Position numbers and translations under genes: made by a program. DNA of 64,000 bases from Lobosporangium transversale (Eukaryota): contig NW_019028991.1 of NCBI RefSeq assembly GCF_002105155.1, positions 248,001 to 312,000 on the forward strand, given 5' to 3'. Numbering within the stretch: the stretch's first letter is position 1; the number at the start of each line of letters is the position of its first letter. The notes under the pieces were generated by a model, which was not told the DNA's origin, searched no databases, and worked only from the letters and a program-made list of their open reading frames with translations. Shown piece by piece: positions 12,462 to 25,958 of the stretch.

Positions 12462-14997
12462 TTAATCAACGTAGACCATCAGTTTGCCGCCACTCCGATC
12501 CATAGCCGCTCGTACATCCGCATCCGTCTGAATGATGGCGAAATCTCCGTGATCATCTCGGTAGCTTAACGTTCGATGGGGTTCTATCTGTAGTCGATCG
12601 AAAATCTTTTGTTGTAGAGCTTTGAATCCAATGCTCACAGGTATCCTCATAGCCATGATATCCTCCTGGTACGAAATTTTGACTTTGATCATGTCCTCTG
12701 CAGTTTTAATTGCTAATGGAAGTCCCTGACTAGGTGGTGGCACAGTAGCAGCAGCAGTAGTTCCCACGGCAGTTGCAACAGGGGTACTTGGGGCCGCAGG
12801 GAATTGAGATAGAGAGCGCACGCCAGGGGACGAGCCACCAGGCGATTCATCGCCATAGCTCCGTGTACTCTGTTGAGGACGCGATACAAATGGCGGTCGC
12901 GTCCCTCTCGAACCAGCAGAAGGTGAGGGTCGACGATCCAGATCTCGTGCAGGGTGGGAGCGACCCAATGCTGGGGAGGTTGATCTTGTTCCAGATGTTC
13001 GATCAGGCTGTTTCTGTTCATTAGGAGGCGTCTCTGTATCACCATCTCTCACTGCAAACAAATTCTCTACCAATGGATGTTGCATGATCCTAGGCGGTAG
13101 TTTGCAAAGGTCCTGCACATATAAATCAAGATCTTTCCGCCGTGTGGCTGACACAGTCTCCGTTACGTTCGGTAATGGTATAGGCATGAAGGGTAAAATT
13201 CTTGGCTGATCACCTACTCGTCCAGACTCTACTGGGAATTCTTCCAAAAGTGCGATATGAAAGTTGTAAAAATCCTCATACAAGCGAAATAAACTTCTTA
13301 CAGCACCTGATGCAATTTCTACGCGTACATTGAACCAGTACTGTCCGTCTGCAAGATGGAACGATTCAACAGAGGCATGGATGATTCGGTGTGGATTGTG
13401 ATGATAGTACTGGATACTGCCGCCGCTGTGAGTGTGCTGATGATGAGGATAGGCAGGATGGTGGTGATGCCTGTCTTCGTAAGCATCATGATTGTGTGAT
13501 CGGGCTATGGTTGGGACGCCTCTTACGCCATTAATGCTCTCCTATAAAAAAAATAAAAAAATAAATAAATAAATAAATAAATAAAAGTCAATAAATAACC
13601 GAGAAAATACAAAGAGAAACATGTAGTCGTGTGAGCAACAAAGAAATTGATCACGTAAGCTGACGAGTTAAATAACTGAAGAGAAGGAAAGTGTCGTCTA
13701 AGTAACTCAAACTGCGCCAGCAGAGGCCCCTTTTTTCTTGTATTCTTTGAACACAAAAACGCATGACAGTATGATGCTTCTGCTGTCTCGCTCCAGGGGT
13801 ATAAAGAAAAAAAGGGAGGCTGTGATAGTAAGGAGGTAGGACCGGTGATAGATTAAAAAGATCAATGGATATGACAAGGATTTGGGGCTTGGAGAGGACT
13901 GGCGTTCAGACAAGAACTAATGGTGAAAGAGATATTACCACTCGACGACCAATGTCCAGATCTTGAGAGGGGTTTCTTCTTCCATGTTGATCTCGAATAT
14001 GAGAGGCTTTGTAATCTGCTCTCGGTACCTTGCTCTTGAGTTGATGAATTGTTTGTTCACCATTTAAGTGTACAGGCAATGGCAAAGGTGCACTAGCAGG
14101 TTGTTGCGGGGATATAGGCTGCGCTCCTGTTGTTACTGCTGCTTGTGGGACATCAGTAACATCAATACGACCCAGAGGGATGCTCTTTGCTTTATACTCC
14201 ATAGTCTGCTTTTTCCATTCGTCCACCCGTGGAATTACTGTTCCTGTCTGTCGCAACATCTCAGGAACGTCGATTGGTTTACCAGTGACCATGTCCCTGA
14301 TCTCCACAAACTTGACGGGAATCAGGCCTGGACCACCTAAACGCCCTATAGGCTTTGCGACGTACCAGTCCTCATTGGATTGTGCGATGACTAGAATAGC
14401 ATCTCCAACTTTACAATCGAGTTCATCCGCTCTCTCGGCACCAAAGTCATAGAGCACGATACCATATAGAGGCTGGCATTTCGGCAATGAAGGTGTAGGA
14501 CCAGTCTTTTGAGACGTTACTGGAAGAGGTGCTGACTGTAAACCAGTAACGCCTCCCGAAACTGGTTGTTGATAGAATGGTTGTGGCGAGAGTTTTGGAG
14601 CAAAATATTTTTGTGGAAGTGGTTCAGTAAATGTGCCCGAGTCATTCCCAGTGTCTTCAATACTTTGATTGCTCTTCCTATATTGAGAACGTTGCTGCTG
14701 TTGGCTACCGTTCTTCTCAAGGATTTGAAAGTAGGTAACAGGCACATATCCCCTAGCGCCTGTGATAGGGTTGCATGCCTCATACCAATCCTCATCGTCC
14801 TCGTTGCCAATGACGTGAAAGAAATCACCTTTGGAAAATGGCATTTCCTCTGGCTGCTGTGAGTTGTAGTCATATAGAGCTTTGATGACTTTACGAGGAG
14901 GGGCTAGCCCTGCTCCTATTGGAGTGGCATGGGAACGTGTAGGCGATTGGCTGCCTGTGCTGCTCTTACTCTGGAGAGAACGCCGGAGGTTGGGCAT
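12462..14997 (-). CDS. BEM1: Polarity scaffold Bem1/Scd2 (SH3-SH3-PX-PB1)
   Basis: SH3 (KALYDY..RGYVP), second SH3 (LYDF..KPIGRLGGPGLIP), PX (RLYEDFYNFHIALL..RILPFMP) and C-terminal PB1 (KVKI..YRDDHGDF); intron about 13542-13938. Confidence 0.93.
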
Positions 14998-16587
14998 TTG
15001 GGCTAAGATGGATAGACGAAGTTTGAAAGTGACCTCTCCTCCCTCTGCTTATGCTCTTGTCGTACTTGTTGTTAAGACTGTATGCTCAGAGGGAGAAAGG
15101 GAAGAAGATAATGACGAGTCAATGATTAAAGAGAAGAGTAATGATTAACCAAGATGAAATAAAGACGAATGAAGCAAAACAGAGCGAATAATGAATGAGA
15201 GAATAAAAAAGAAATGAACGGGTTGAAGCTGTTACTGTGTAAAGAGGCAAATGCTTTACAAGAAGGAGAAAAAAAAAGAAAAAAAAAAAAAAAAAAGAGC
15301 AAAACACCCAAAGAAAACAAAAAAAAGGAGGGAAACAAAAAAAGTTTAAACACGAGCGCCAATGATGGGAGAAACAAGAAGAGGCGGGACAGCAGAGCAA
15401 AGGACGAAGGACAACCAACAACAGCAATGAGATGAGGTTGGAATAATCAAAAACAGCAAAGAATATCTTTAATCGACATTCACGGCGTCGCAAATCAAGA
15501 ATGTTTGCCTGTTGTCTCTCTGCCCCTTCTTCCTCTCCATCTTCATCTCATTTTCTTGCTCTGCAGGAGCCAATTTCCCAAGCGCCAACCTTGTCTCTCT
15601 AGCGCGCATTTTCATGATATGTTTTTCAGCGCGAAGCTTCCATCATTTGTGTCCATTCGTGTCAGCTTACCAAGGTCCGTTTTGATTATATTTTTTATAA
15701 TACAACGGTTCTTTTGTCTGTCTTGTTGCACATTTTCTGAAGTTCTTTGTACACCTGTTAATAGAAAACGACAGAAAGAACAGCACAGCCTTGTTTGTCA
15801 TCTCCAAACACTTCTTTGTCACAGTTGCGGGAAAGAAGAAACAACTATTTATTTTTCCGCCTTCAATCTGGTACTTGGCTGAAGGCTTCCATATGAGAGC
15901 ATATCTTGACGGACATTTGAACTATGGATACTATTTAGTTATTCCACTCAAAATTCGTTTTTTTTTAGGTTCGGTTACTATCAGTTATTCCATCACAACC
16001 TGGACATGTATGCTGGATATGTTTGTATGGGAAATCAACAGTTCCCATGCGCGTTTTTTTCTCAATCAGGCAAATCGATAAGATTTTATAGTTCCGGGCG
16101 TGCAGGCCAGTGAAGGCATAGAATGTTACTAATATGAAAAACAAAAGCTGGAGAATTCCCACAAGCGTAGACCTACTAACGCGTTTTTTTTTTTTTTTTT
16201 CTTAAAAAAAATGCCATCTCAAAATGCTTACAACGTTTTCTGTCGCGTTGCTCGTTTCTGCAGCAGGTAAGCTAGGTCTATAGACGTTCACTTGGTTTGC
16301 TCAATTCGTTGCCACAGCTGCTCACATAAAAAAGGGCAGGTGCTCGATAATGCAAAACCTACCCTGAAGACCGACAACAGCTCTCGATCTATCTTTGGCA
16401 TTTCAGGCGCTGCATGCGTTCTGATTAGTGTCAATGAGTACACCCACCCAAGGGCTCTTCCTCATCACATAATCCTCCGAGAAGTGAGATGATGTAAAAT
16501 AAGCAAGCCGCGCGAGTTTGCCGCCAAATTAAGAATACCAACGATAACAACAACAACAACAACAACCCCCTTGGTGATTGTCTTTGT

Positions 16588-17724
16588 CTACAAAAGTGCT
16601 TTACTTAAGATTTCATAATCGAAGCGCGAGGCTTGCCCACGTGTCAGACACTGGCATGGGGAAATTTGGTCATACTCGTATCTAATACGCGGCAATTTGA
16701 CAATGGGGCCAATTAGAAAAGAGAATACATGGAAAAATATGACAAGTCGCAAAAGGACATGGCGCCTTGTTTCACCATTATGAGTTAGCGAGCAATAGGG
16801 AAAAAACAGTAATGATGGTCAAGGAACAGAGGAAATGGCGCTATTCTGTTCATACTTACTGCAACTGGCCGATGTAAAACTTGATAGCATCCTTGTTGGC
16901 TATGGATCAATATACAAATCAAGAAACGTGCGGAAGCTGAATTAATTTGACGCTTAAACATATAATGCAGGAGCCATGCATCTGGTCCTTTAACTGTAAT
17001 GCCAGTCTAGCTTCAACTGACTTTACTTATTACAAGTAATGACATGGACCCTGAAGATACCTTTAAAGACAGTCAACATGATTTTTTCCATTTGTGTTGC
17101 CTTTCCAATCAGTTCTAGTAAGCCGATGAGATATGCACCGATTCCTCGGCGCTGATATTCAGGAACAACTTGGATCTCAAAGCTAAAATAATCACGAGAA
17201 GAGCATGCTTGCGTTAATTCTAGTTGTTTGTATATCATCTCAATACTATCAGATTGAAGGGAAGGTATACTATTACTCACCAATAAACTACCTCTGCATC
17301 TCGGTCCACCATGGTTTCCTCTTCAACAAATTGAAAGTGGATCATCCCTACAGGCTGGTTATTATGATATGTGATGAGGTAACGTGAAATAGCATCCTGC
17401 ATTTCTTCTTCCTTGTCTTCTCTACACCAGCCGTCTTTTGATTTCATGTAACTAAATATACCAAAATCAATCGTCGATATCGGAGTGCATCGTTTTCCGG
17501 CCATAGCCAAAGTAACACCGTCATATAGGTTTTGGAATATGCAAATCAAAGTCGAAAACAAGATCGACATAAAGACAATTTCTACACCTATCCGAACTTA
17601 CAGCTCCTTCATATTAGATTCTACTAGATCGACTGCAAATGCCTGTAGCATGGGCGTCATATCATCAATATGATATGCAATTGTATTGAATGTATAATCT
17701 GGATGCCTGTTACAAGCCGAAGGT

Positions 17725-17759
<35 letters not shown>

Positions 17760-18425
17760 TAATATATATATTATATTTTTGGTATTATTAATTAGGGTCA
17801 GTGTCAATTAGCACGTTGTTAATGCAATATGTAATATATTAATGTGGAGGTGCCTTTAGTTTTTTTAAACTTTGTGGTTAGCTCGCAGCTAGCGCATGAT
17901 GAATTGTTATTTTAAATTTAGTCCACAGACGCAATTGCGCTTAAGAAGGAGAGTGCAGGATATGTGACAGATCAGTCCAAGAACGGATATGTGTATTTAG
18001 ATGACGGATAAGACCGTCCAGGGCTTTCAAGGAGGGAAGAAGGAGAAGCTTCGTCCAAAAGGGTGATGAGAGAGAGGATCATTGTAACACTTGTACCTTT
18101 TAGGAGTAAACTCCTTTTGTGAACCAAGCAACTCGTTCAGCTGCGTTGATGAGAGCTGGGTAAGAGAATATTAATATTGAATGATGGAATGACATACTGA
18201 ATAGATGAGCTTTTGTAATCAATGACCAACAGCAACAGAAGATGCGTGGTCATGACTAGCGTTAACAATCAACCAAAACAAATAAGCATGAACACAGCCA
18301 TCCAGCCAGGTGGACCTTTCCTTGGCATCTGACATTTGGCAGTGTTACCTGTTAAAAAAAGTTGACTTACCTTGTTGGCTCGAGCAAGATTCGAGTTAGA
18401 ATGCGAAGCATGCTACAATAGGAAG

Positions 18426-18457
<32 letters not shown>

Positions 18458-18564
18458 GAAATGTGAATCTAGAATGTTGAACAATTTGATTTATTTGTCC
18501 AATGTTGATCCATTGTGCAATGTGTATTCGTTCGCAATTGAATTGCATGGAGCACCTTTGGCAT
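16588..18564 (-). CDS. NAA40: N-alpha-acetyltransferase 40 (NatD/Nat4), GNAT family
   Basis: Eight small exons assembled in frame: MPK|..LARANK|..DLVESNMKEL|YMKS..GW..KEEEM..RYLI..VVYC|FEIQV.PEYQRRGIG..MLTVFK|ANKDAIKFY..|..YEILSK. Confidence 0.88.
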
Positions 18565-19323
18565 GGCTGGTGTGGATAAAGGAGCAAACAAAAGAAGAAG
18601 TGAAGCAGCTGAGCAATATAAAAAAACAACAACAAATGCCGCTTCAAACGGAAATACCATGGGATACATATTATAAAACTCGTGCTCACAAAACAACCCA
18701 GTCCGTTCTTTGTTCCGTTTGTCAAGCCAAGAAATACTTTCTGTGTGTACACACTTTTTTTATCACCTCAAAAGTCTTCCTCTCTCTCCATTGTTTCTTG
18801 CTCATTCCATCCATTCAACACATTCGAATTCAACACATTTAGCGCATTCAATACCTTCAACACCTTCAGAGCATCCAGCATATTCAGAACATTCGGCAAT
18901 TCTTTTACACTTGACATTGTAACATCCACTTGACTTGCATTCTCTCCTTATACCTTTATCACTCTGTGCCCTTTTTTTAAAAAAACTAGCATGTTTTGTT
19001 GCGTTAAACTATTACAATAACACAATAACCACACCTGCATTAAGAAACGATTCCAATATCACATCTACCACTATTCAAGTTACAAAAAACAACCAGTATT
19101 CACGAAAGTCTAAGTCCAGGCACAACATTAGACATCCATTCACTTGCTCAACTATTCCTATCACCTCAATTTATCGTAGCTGTTTCTTTCTATTCTGCTC
19201 CGGCTCTTATCCACCTGCTATTATTATTTCTATTTCTCCGCCTTTCGTCATTCCGGTCTTGGATTCAGCCTTTTTTCTACCTTCATTACTTCATTCCACA
19301 GAAAGACACGCACAGTATAGGCA

Positions 19324-22300
19324 ATGGATGAGATCCAGTCGATGCTGGCTAGATCAGCCGATGCATTCTCTTCCGGTGACTTCAAGGTAATATACTGAGG
19401 AAGTCATTGTAACTTTGTTAAACTGTCTTCACCTAATGACAGAGCCCCTTTGTCCCTTGTGTATTAAATCAAAACTAAACTAAAAACAACTTTTTATTAA
19501 TTATCATCATGTATCATTCAGGACGCCTACTTTTATTCTCTCGATATCATTGATGCCGCTGCTATTGAACTTCGCAAAGTCAAATTCATTGCCAATGGTG
19601 CGTCATTAATAGTTCATTCGTCTTTTTATTTTTATTTTTTTTATTTTTTTCTCGCATGTTCAAACAGGAATCGGAGGATGTGTCTCATGTTGTGTCTAGG
19701 CCTTCCACTGAACTTCTTGGGTTCATTCCTGTTTCTCTTTTCAGCACCTTTTACTGATTACCCTTTTTTTTTTTTTTTTTCTTGACTGGTGGTCGTGTTA
19801 TTAGTTGCCATAACATCAAACACAACAGCAACACTCATTTCTATCACACGGTCTAGTGTAGCATATGTCCAGGATATTCTCTCAAAACAAAATGCAGCTG
19901 TTGCAGCCGTATCAGAGCCACCGATTCTTCCTCGTAAAATCTCGCTGTCCAAACACTCCAACAGGATCACATCAGGACAGACAAAGACGGTGACCATGTT
20001 GACGGAGCAATTGCGAGCCACGACATCTGATCCCAGCAGTATAGAATCGTCCTCACCATTTTCTTCTCGAACTTCTTCTTTCTCTACCAAATCTCTGGCC
20101 ACCACTACTAATCTATCCAGTTCGCCACCCTTGAATCGTACCACTCTCTCAGTACCAACGCCAGGGCTTACACCAACAATCCCACCAAAACCTACACGGA
20201 GACCACCGCTTCCTATAGTATCACCTACGCCTACAAATCGTAGTCCGGTTCTAGGATTTACAGAAAACGGAACTATGCCATCAATAGGAGGCGATATTGT
20301 GAATCACAGCCTAGCACGCAGCAGTAATACTAGTAGTTTGCCGCGACCGCCAGATCATCATCATTTAAGACCCCAATCAATGCCTGTACAGCATTTGAGC
20401 ATAGAAGGACTCGAGTCGAAACCACCCTTACCGCCTAAACCAGCACGTTTGTACAGAAAAATCCATGATATCAAGACAGAGGAGCACTCATTGGATGAAG
20501 ATGAATCCGACGAAGATGAGGACGAAGATGAGGACGAAGATGAAGACGACGACTTGGAAGGTATCGGTTTTTGGACCAAACCAAAACAGCACTGATTATC
20601 ATGAGATACAAAAAAAGTGATCAGATCAGAGTTTAATATAATCTTTTTTTTTCTCCGACTCTGTAGGCCACGTGTTCTCGCCAACCTTAACCCGGAGGGC
20701 ATCTTCTCCAAGCATTGCAATACCTACCCCCACGCGGCGACCCGGAACTCCTTTGTCAGTACCAACGTCGCCAACACTGTCGCCTTCAAGTATCTCTTCT
20801 AGCATTTCATCTGTTGAAAGATCTCGTTCATATACCCTTCCACAATATGCATCACTTAGCCAAGGCAACACTTTTTTTACAGTCATTCCTGATGGAAGTG
20901 TTGATCCCACCAATCTAACTGAGGCTGAACGTATTAGTGGCGATAACGAGGATCAACTAGATCAAAAAACATATGGACCCAGTGACCATATTCCACTCAT
21001 CCCAGTGACACCACTTAGGACGATGCACCGCACGCTAGTGGAGAAGGAGAAATCGTTTTCAACCAAATTGGCGGAGACGAAGCAAAAGCTGCAGGAGAAG
21101 ACGATCCGACTAAACAGTGGCGAGATTAGGATTAAGCAGGACTCTCAGGACGATGACAATGATGATGATGATATCCAGACTCTCCAGGATAATCTCACAA
21201 AGTACACGTCAATGATCTCCAACGTCATGGCTACCATCACCAAGGTGCGAGAGCTTCTCTATCGATCTGCCAGTATCACTTCGATCCTTGAATTCCCCGC
21301 TTACCTAGTCGCCTATCAACTTACTCTCATTGAATCAGCCATCTTTTTGGAGATTCCACCTTCAGCACTTTTGACACATTCACCAAAGACGCCACACCGC
21401 AGCATCACAGCCTCAACTGACTTTTTCAACTATTTAACGCGCATGATCGAGTACTCGGTTTTGTTCCCGCCTGAAGCCTCTGGACGGGCACAGTGTATGC
21501 ATTATTGGGTCAAAGTCGCAGTCAAGCTTCATGAGCTGGAAAACTTCCAGACTTTGAAGGCAGTCCTCTCAGCGCTTGGTACGCCACCTATAAAACGACT
21601 TAAGCGGACGTGGAGTTTCGTTCCCCGGAAGAGCATGCATAAATTGGAGACATTATCGGAGCTTATGAGTGAAGCTAGGAATTATGGAAAATACCGTGAG
21701 ATGATGAGTAGTTTGAATGCAGGCACCATGCTATTATCACCTGCTGCAGCTACTGTCCCGCATGGGCATTCCAACTCTGCACCAGCATCAAAAATGGATA
21801 TCCTGAGTCTCAACGGCATGAGCAGTAGCTTATCGAATTTGGGTTTCAGGAGCAAGGATGTTGCAAGACGACCCATGGTACCCTTCTTGGGAACGTTCAT
21901 CATGGACATTACGTATTTGTTGGCAGCTGTCAAAAAGAGTAATAATTCTGCGCCACCAATTTCATCTCAAATACCAGCGACCTCTAGCCTACGTGAGAAG
22001 CCAGCTCCGTCAACCTTGTCGTCGTCATCATCACCTTCAGTTAGCTCTCATTTCGCACCCGAGGATGATGCACGGATACAAGATCTTTTGATGGATGCAC
22101 GGATAAAGGATCTTTTGAATACACTGACAGACTACCAGTTAGGACCGAAGTACTCTTCTCAACCACCGCGATCGTACATCAAAGCTGCCACTAAAAATCA
22201 TCATCACTTCCGAGCCCCGTCATTTTCATCAGCCTTGCATAGAACAGCTAAATACCGGACGTCATCAGTTGATCGACAGATCGGAGCCAATATTACACAT

Positions 22301-22666
22301 CAGTCTTCATATGAAGAAGAAGATGATGACGTTTCTGGAAATGGTTTACGTCCTACACAGCAATTGATTCTACATTACCTTCTGACGCGTCCGTGGGTTC
22401 CAGAAAGGATGGTGGATGAGTTGAGCACAATTCGCGAGCCATCCAAGAATAAGAACGCATCATCATCTGGCTCTGGACCCAGAACAAGTGCAGGGAGCTC
22501 GACGGCGCATAGCTGGCCAGCAGGCCCTAATGGTGGTGGTGGATCAATGTATAGCCTAGTATCGACGACAAGTTCGATTCAGCGAGGAAGCACGGGTAGT
22601 AACAGCGGCGATGGCGGACAGAATGGAAGTGGCGGTAGTTCGCGACCTACGAGCGTCGACGAATGA
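19324..22666 (+). CDS. Ras guanine-nucleotide exchange factor (CDC25-homology domain) with Pro-rich and acidic linkers
   Basis: VAYQLTLIE, FFNYLT, WVKVA..LENFQTLKAVLSAL..PPIKRLKRTW, NYGKYR, VPFLGTFIMDITYL; upstream exons joined by GT-AG introns from ATG 19324. Confidence 0.88.
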
Positions 22667-22917
22667 TATGGCTATACACTTTTCATAATGGAAGTCGATG
22701 ACGAGACAATAGAAAATGAGTTTCAGAGAGAAGACTGAGGCGAAGATTAGGATAAAAGATGACAATTATTGAATTGTCGCGATGTGGACAAAGAGATGAA
22801 CGAACGAACCAATCATACCCAACCTGACTAGAGGGCGGAAAAAAAAAGGTTGTCGTCTGGCAGTTTCAGAGAGGCCACTCATTAAAGATGATGCATGATA
22901 TGCACTTGTACAATAGC

Positions 22918-22950
<33 letters not shown>

Positions 22951-23586
22951 ATTCAAAGTCTTCTCTTTTGTTCAATTCTAATTGAGTGCTGTAAATATAC
23001 ATGTGTACGAGTGTAATTGTGCAGATGACACAAATGAGGTTCCTGTCTCTCATTACAGGTACAGAGTACAATGACGGCACATTTTTTTTTTTTAAAAAAA
23101 AAGTGTTCCTGTAATGATCATTGTGATTGGTTTCGATGTCCCATCTTGTGTCTGGGGTGTAATTGTAAAGAGTGAATTCTTGAGATTCGGTTTAGAAACC
23201 TTATCTTACTGTTTGTTTGTTGAAAATGACGGAAAAAAAAAAAAAGAAAAGACGGTGAAAGTGAGCCTTTGCTGGCTTCATTGTATGAACCCTTTTTTTT
23301 TACCATTAAACGGAGAATTCATTATCCAAGCCTTACTTATCCTCCTTCATATAGTGCTATGGACATGAACAAATGGGCACCTATTACTACTGAGAGGGGA
23401 TGTAAGAATGTGAAAGGAAGGAGAGGAAAGGAAGAATGACCTTCGATCCTGATTTTCTCTTCTCCTTCTCTTTACTCCCCAAAATTCTGATGCTATTCCT
23501 AATGATTTTTTTTTTGTTTTTTTTTCTAGAAAGAGCTAGGATTTCGATAGATAAAGCATGGTGCTGAGTGATACTGGGGGTTAATA

Positions 23587-23622
<36 letters not shown>

Positions 23623-25926
23623 ATGAAATAAAATAAGCTAATTAAACTGTGATAATGATGATAAAAAAAAAAGACGCCGAATCCTGAATGAAATCTTGCT
23701 TGAATGAATACAAAACACAATATCTGTACTACCTTTTTTTAAAAAAACCACACTGAGGCGAAGAGGAGTTTGAAGCACCATTACGTTAAACGAAGCTCTC
23801 ATTTATCCGCCGTTGATGAGTGGTGAGAAAACGAACATGAGTTCATTCTACACACATCCATACAAACACAATGCAAAATGATGGAGGAGAAAAGAGCAAA
23901 AAAAAAAAAAAAAAAAACCAAAAGAACCAAGCGGAACAACCTCCTCACAAAAAAAAACCATATTCATCACCCATCACTATCACCAATCACCAACATCACG
24001 ATCACGATCACGATCAATTCTGGTTTAGAAAAAGTTCAATTTATCCGGATCTTTGACTAATGCAAATATAAAAAAATGAAACCTTTTTTATTTGCAAAAA
24101 CAATTATAAAAAATAGTATTCTATTATATACTTGCAAACGCAAATGAGGCGTAATTGACGGTCAAGGAGAAGAGGCGGTGCGCGCAAACGCAGATCCACA
24201 TTGAAGATCGGGGGTCTTACCAAAAAAAAAATTTTACGATTCACGAAATGTCTTCATTAAAAACATGTTATTCCGCTGCAGCGATAAGACAGGAATCTGT
24301 TTGCAGACGCAGACACAAAGCTTCTAACTAGGAAATACAGGTGCAAAGTCTTTATAGAGAGTTAATAAAAACATGTTTTTCCGTCTTTTTTGATTTTTTT
24401 TAGTTTTTTTTTGGTGTCTTTTTTTTTTATTATTATTGGAATGACGGGGATTGCTATCGATCGATAAAAATGTCTTTGCCCAATATGTTTGCGCGCCTCT
24501 TTCCCTATTCTACCATCCCGAGAGTTCCAAAAGAGAATGATAAATAGTCTTGCCGGGAGAAATTGAAATATCATGTCCTATTTTTTTGCAATATCTGAGA
24601 ATGAGAAGTTGGAGGAAGGTACTGGAAACTGAAACCAAACATCACCAATTGTGCCCCACCCCAGAGTCTTTTTTTTTTTTGTTCCCCTTTTCCCCTCTGT
24701 CAAGACGGATGTTTCTCCTTACGTTATATCGAACAATTAGTGTGATTTCTTTTAGTAAAGGAATTAAAGGCAACGATTTTTGGATATGTTTATTTATTTA
24801 TGTATTATGCACATTTCTTTTTTAAAAAAAGCAAATGATTGGTTCCTTTACTTTGTACTGAAATGAGGATCAAACACCACCACCAAAACATCTACGCACA
24901 GCTGAGCATTTTGTTTTCAACAAAAATAAAATAGCCGCCATCCTATTGCCCCATCTCCCATATCTCAGTAAGAAAAGGGGGCCGAATAGTCTAAAGAATC
25001 TAGATGGGATGAATCAAACAAAAGAAGAAGAAAAAAGATAAAGGGGGGGCCCTGCTTAAAATGGAAACGGGAACAGCATGGCAGGAACCCCATCATCTCT
25101 TTACCTTTTCATCCTTCTGTCTAATTTAGCTTTTTCATTTTTTTTTATTTTATTTTTTTTTTTGATGGCTCTCTCTCTCCACCCTTAAAAAAAAAGATTA
25201 TACATTTATATACACATGTATATATATTTATATATATAAATATATATATATGTATTTATGCCCACACATGAAGTGGAGAAAAAAAAATAAACTCATGTAG
25301 AGTGTTTCTATTTTTTGTTTTAACTTTAAAGAGCTAGCTCTTCTAAACTAACAGATCATTTTTCATGGTTTAGCGTCATTTCTGTACTACGATGTTGAAT
25401 ATGTAGGACAAGAAAGAAAAAGAAGGAAATGTTTTTTTTCTTCTTCTGTTCTAGAAAAGATATTATATATATTTATATTATTTATATAATACATTTACCA
25501 GCTTTATAATGGTGTCAAGATAAGTGATTGAATTATATACTATTGTTATTTCCTCTGCACATGATAAGAGAAGTGGGAATGAATAAAGGACTGTACTGTA
25601 CATATAAATGTCTGTTACCCGCGTGTACCCTGGCTATTTTTTTCTTTACAGCATATAAAAATTATCGTATGATTGGGAATAAAACATGTTTTGATGACGC
25701 TGAGGAGCATATCTACACGTCAATGTGCTCCATTTTCTCTCTCTTTCACTATCATCGCTATATCTGAATAATATTCAAAGATAAAATACAATAACATAAT
25801 CGATACAATAATAATAAATATATGCAGGTTGACCTTACACTAAGGATAAAAGAAAGTTGAATAAACTCTGTATCTTTCGTTTCTTTGCAGGAAGACAGGA
25901 AGGCAGGAAGGCGGAAAAGAGAGAGT

Positions 25927-25958
<32 letters not shown>

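Noticed and set aside
13523..13913. ORFs within the BEM1 intron as extra exons
   Set aside because: Flanking exons join in frame without them and the candidates run into stops; an alternative exon cannot be excluded without RNA data.
17052..17061. NAA40 donor GTATCTTC as a possible U12-type intron
   Set aside because: Does not match GTATCCTT, and I saw no TCCTTAAC branch site; no U12 intron was identified in the window.
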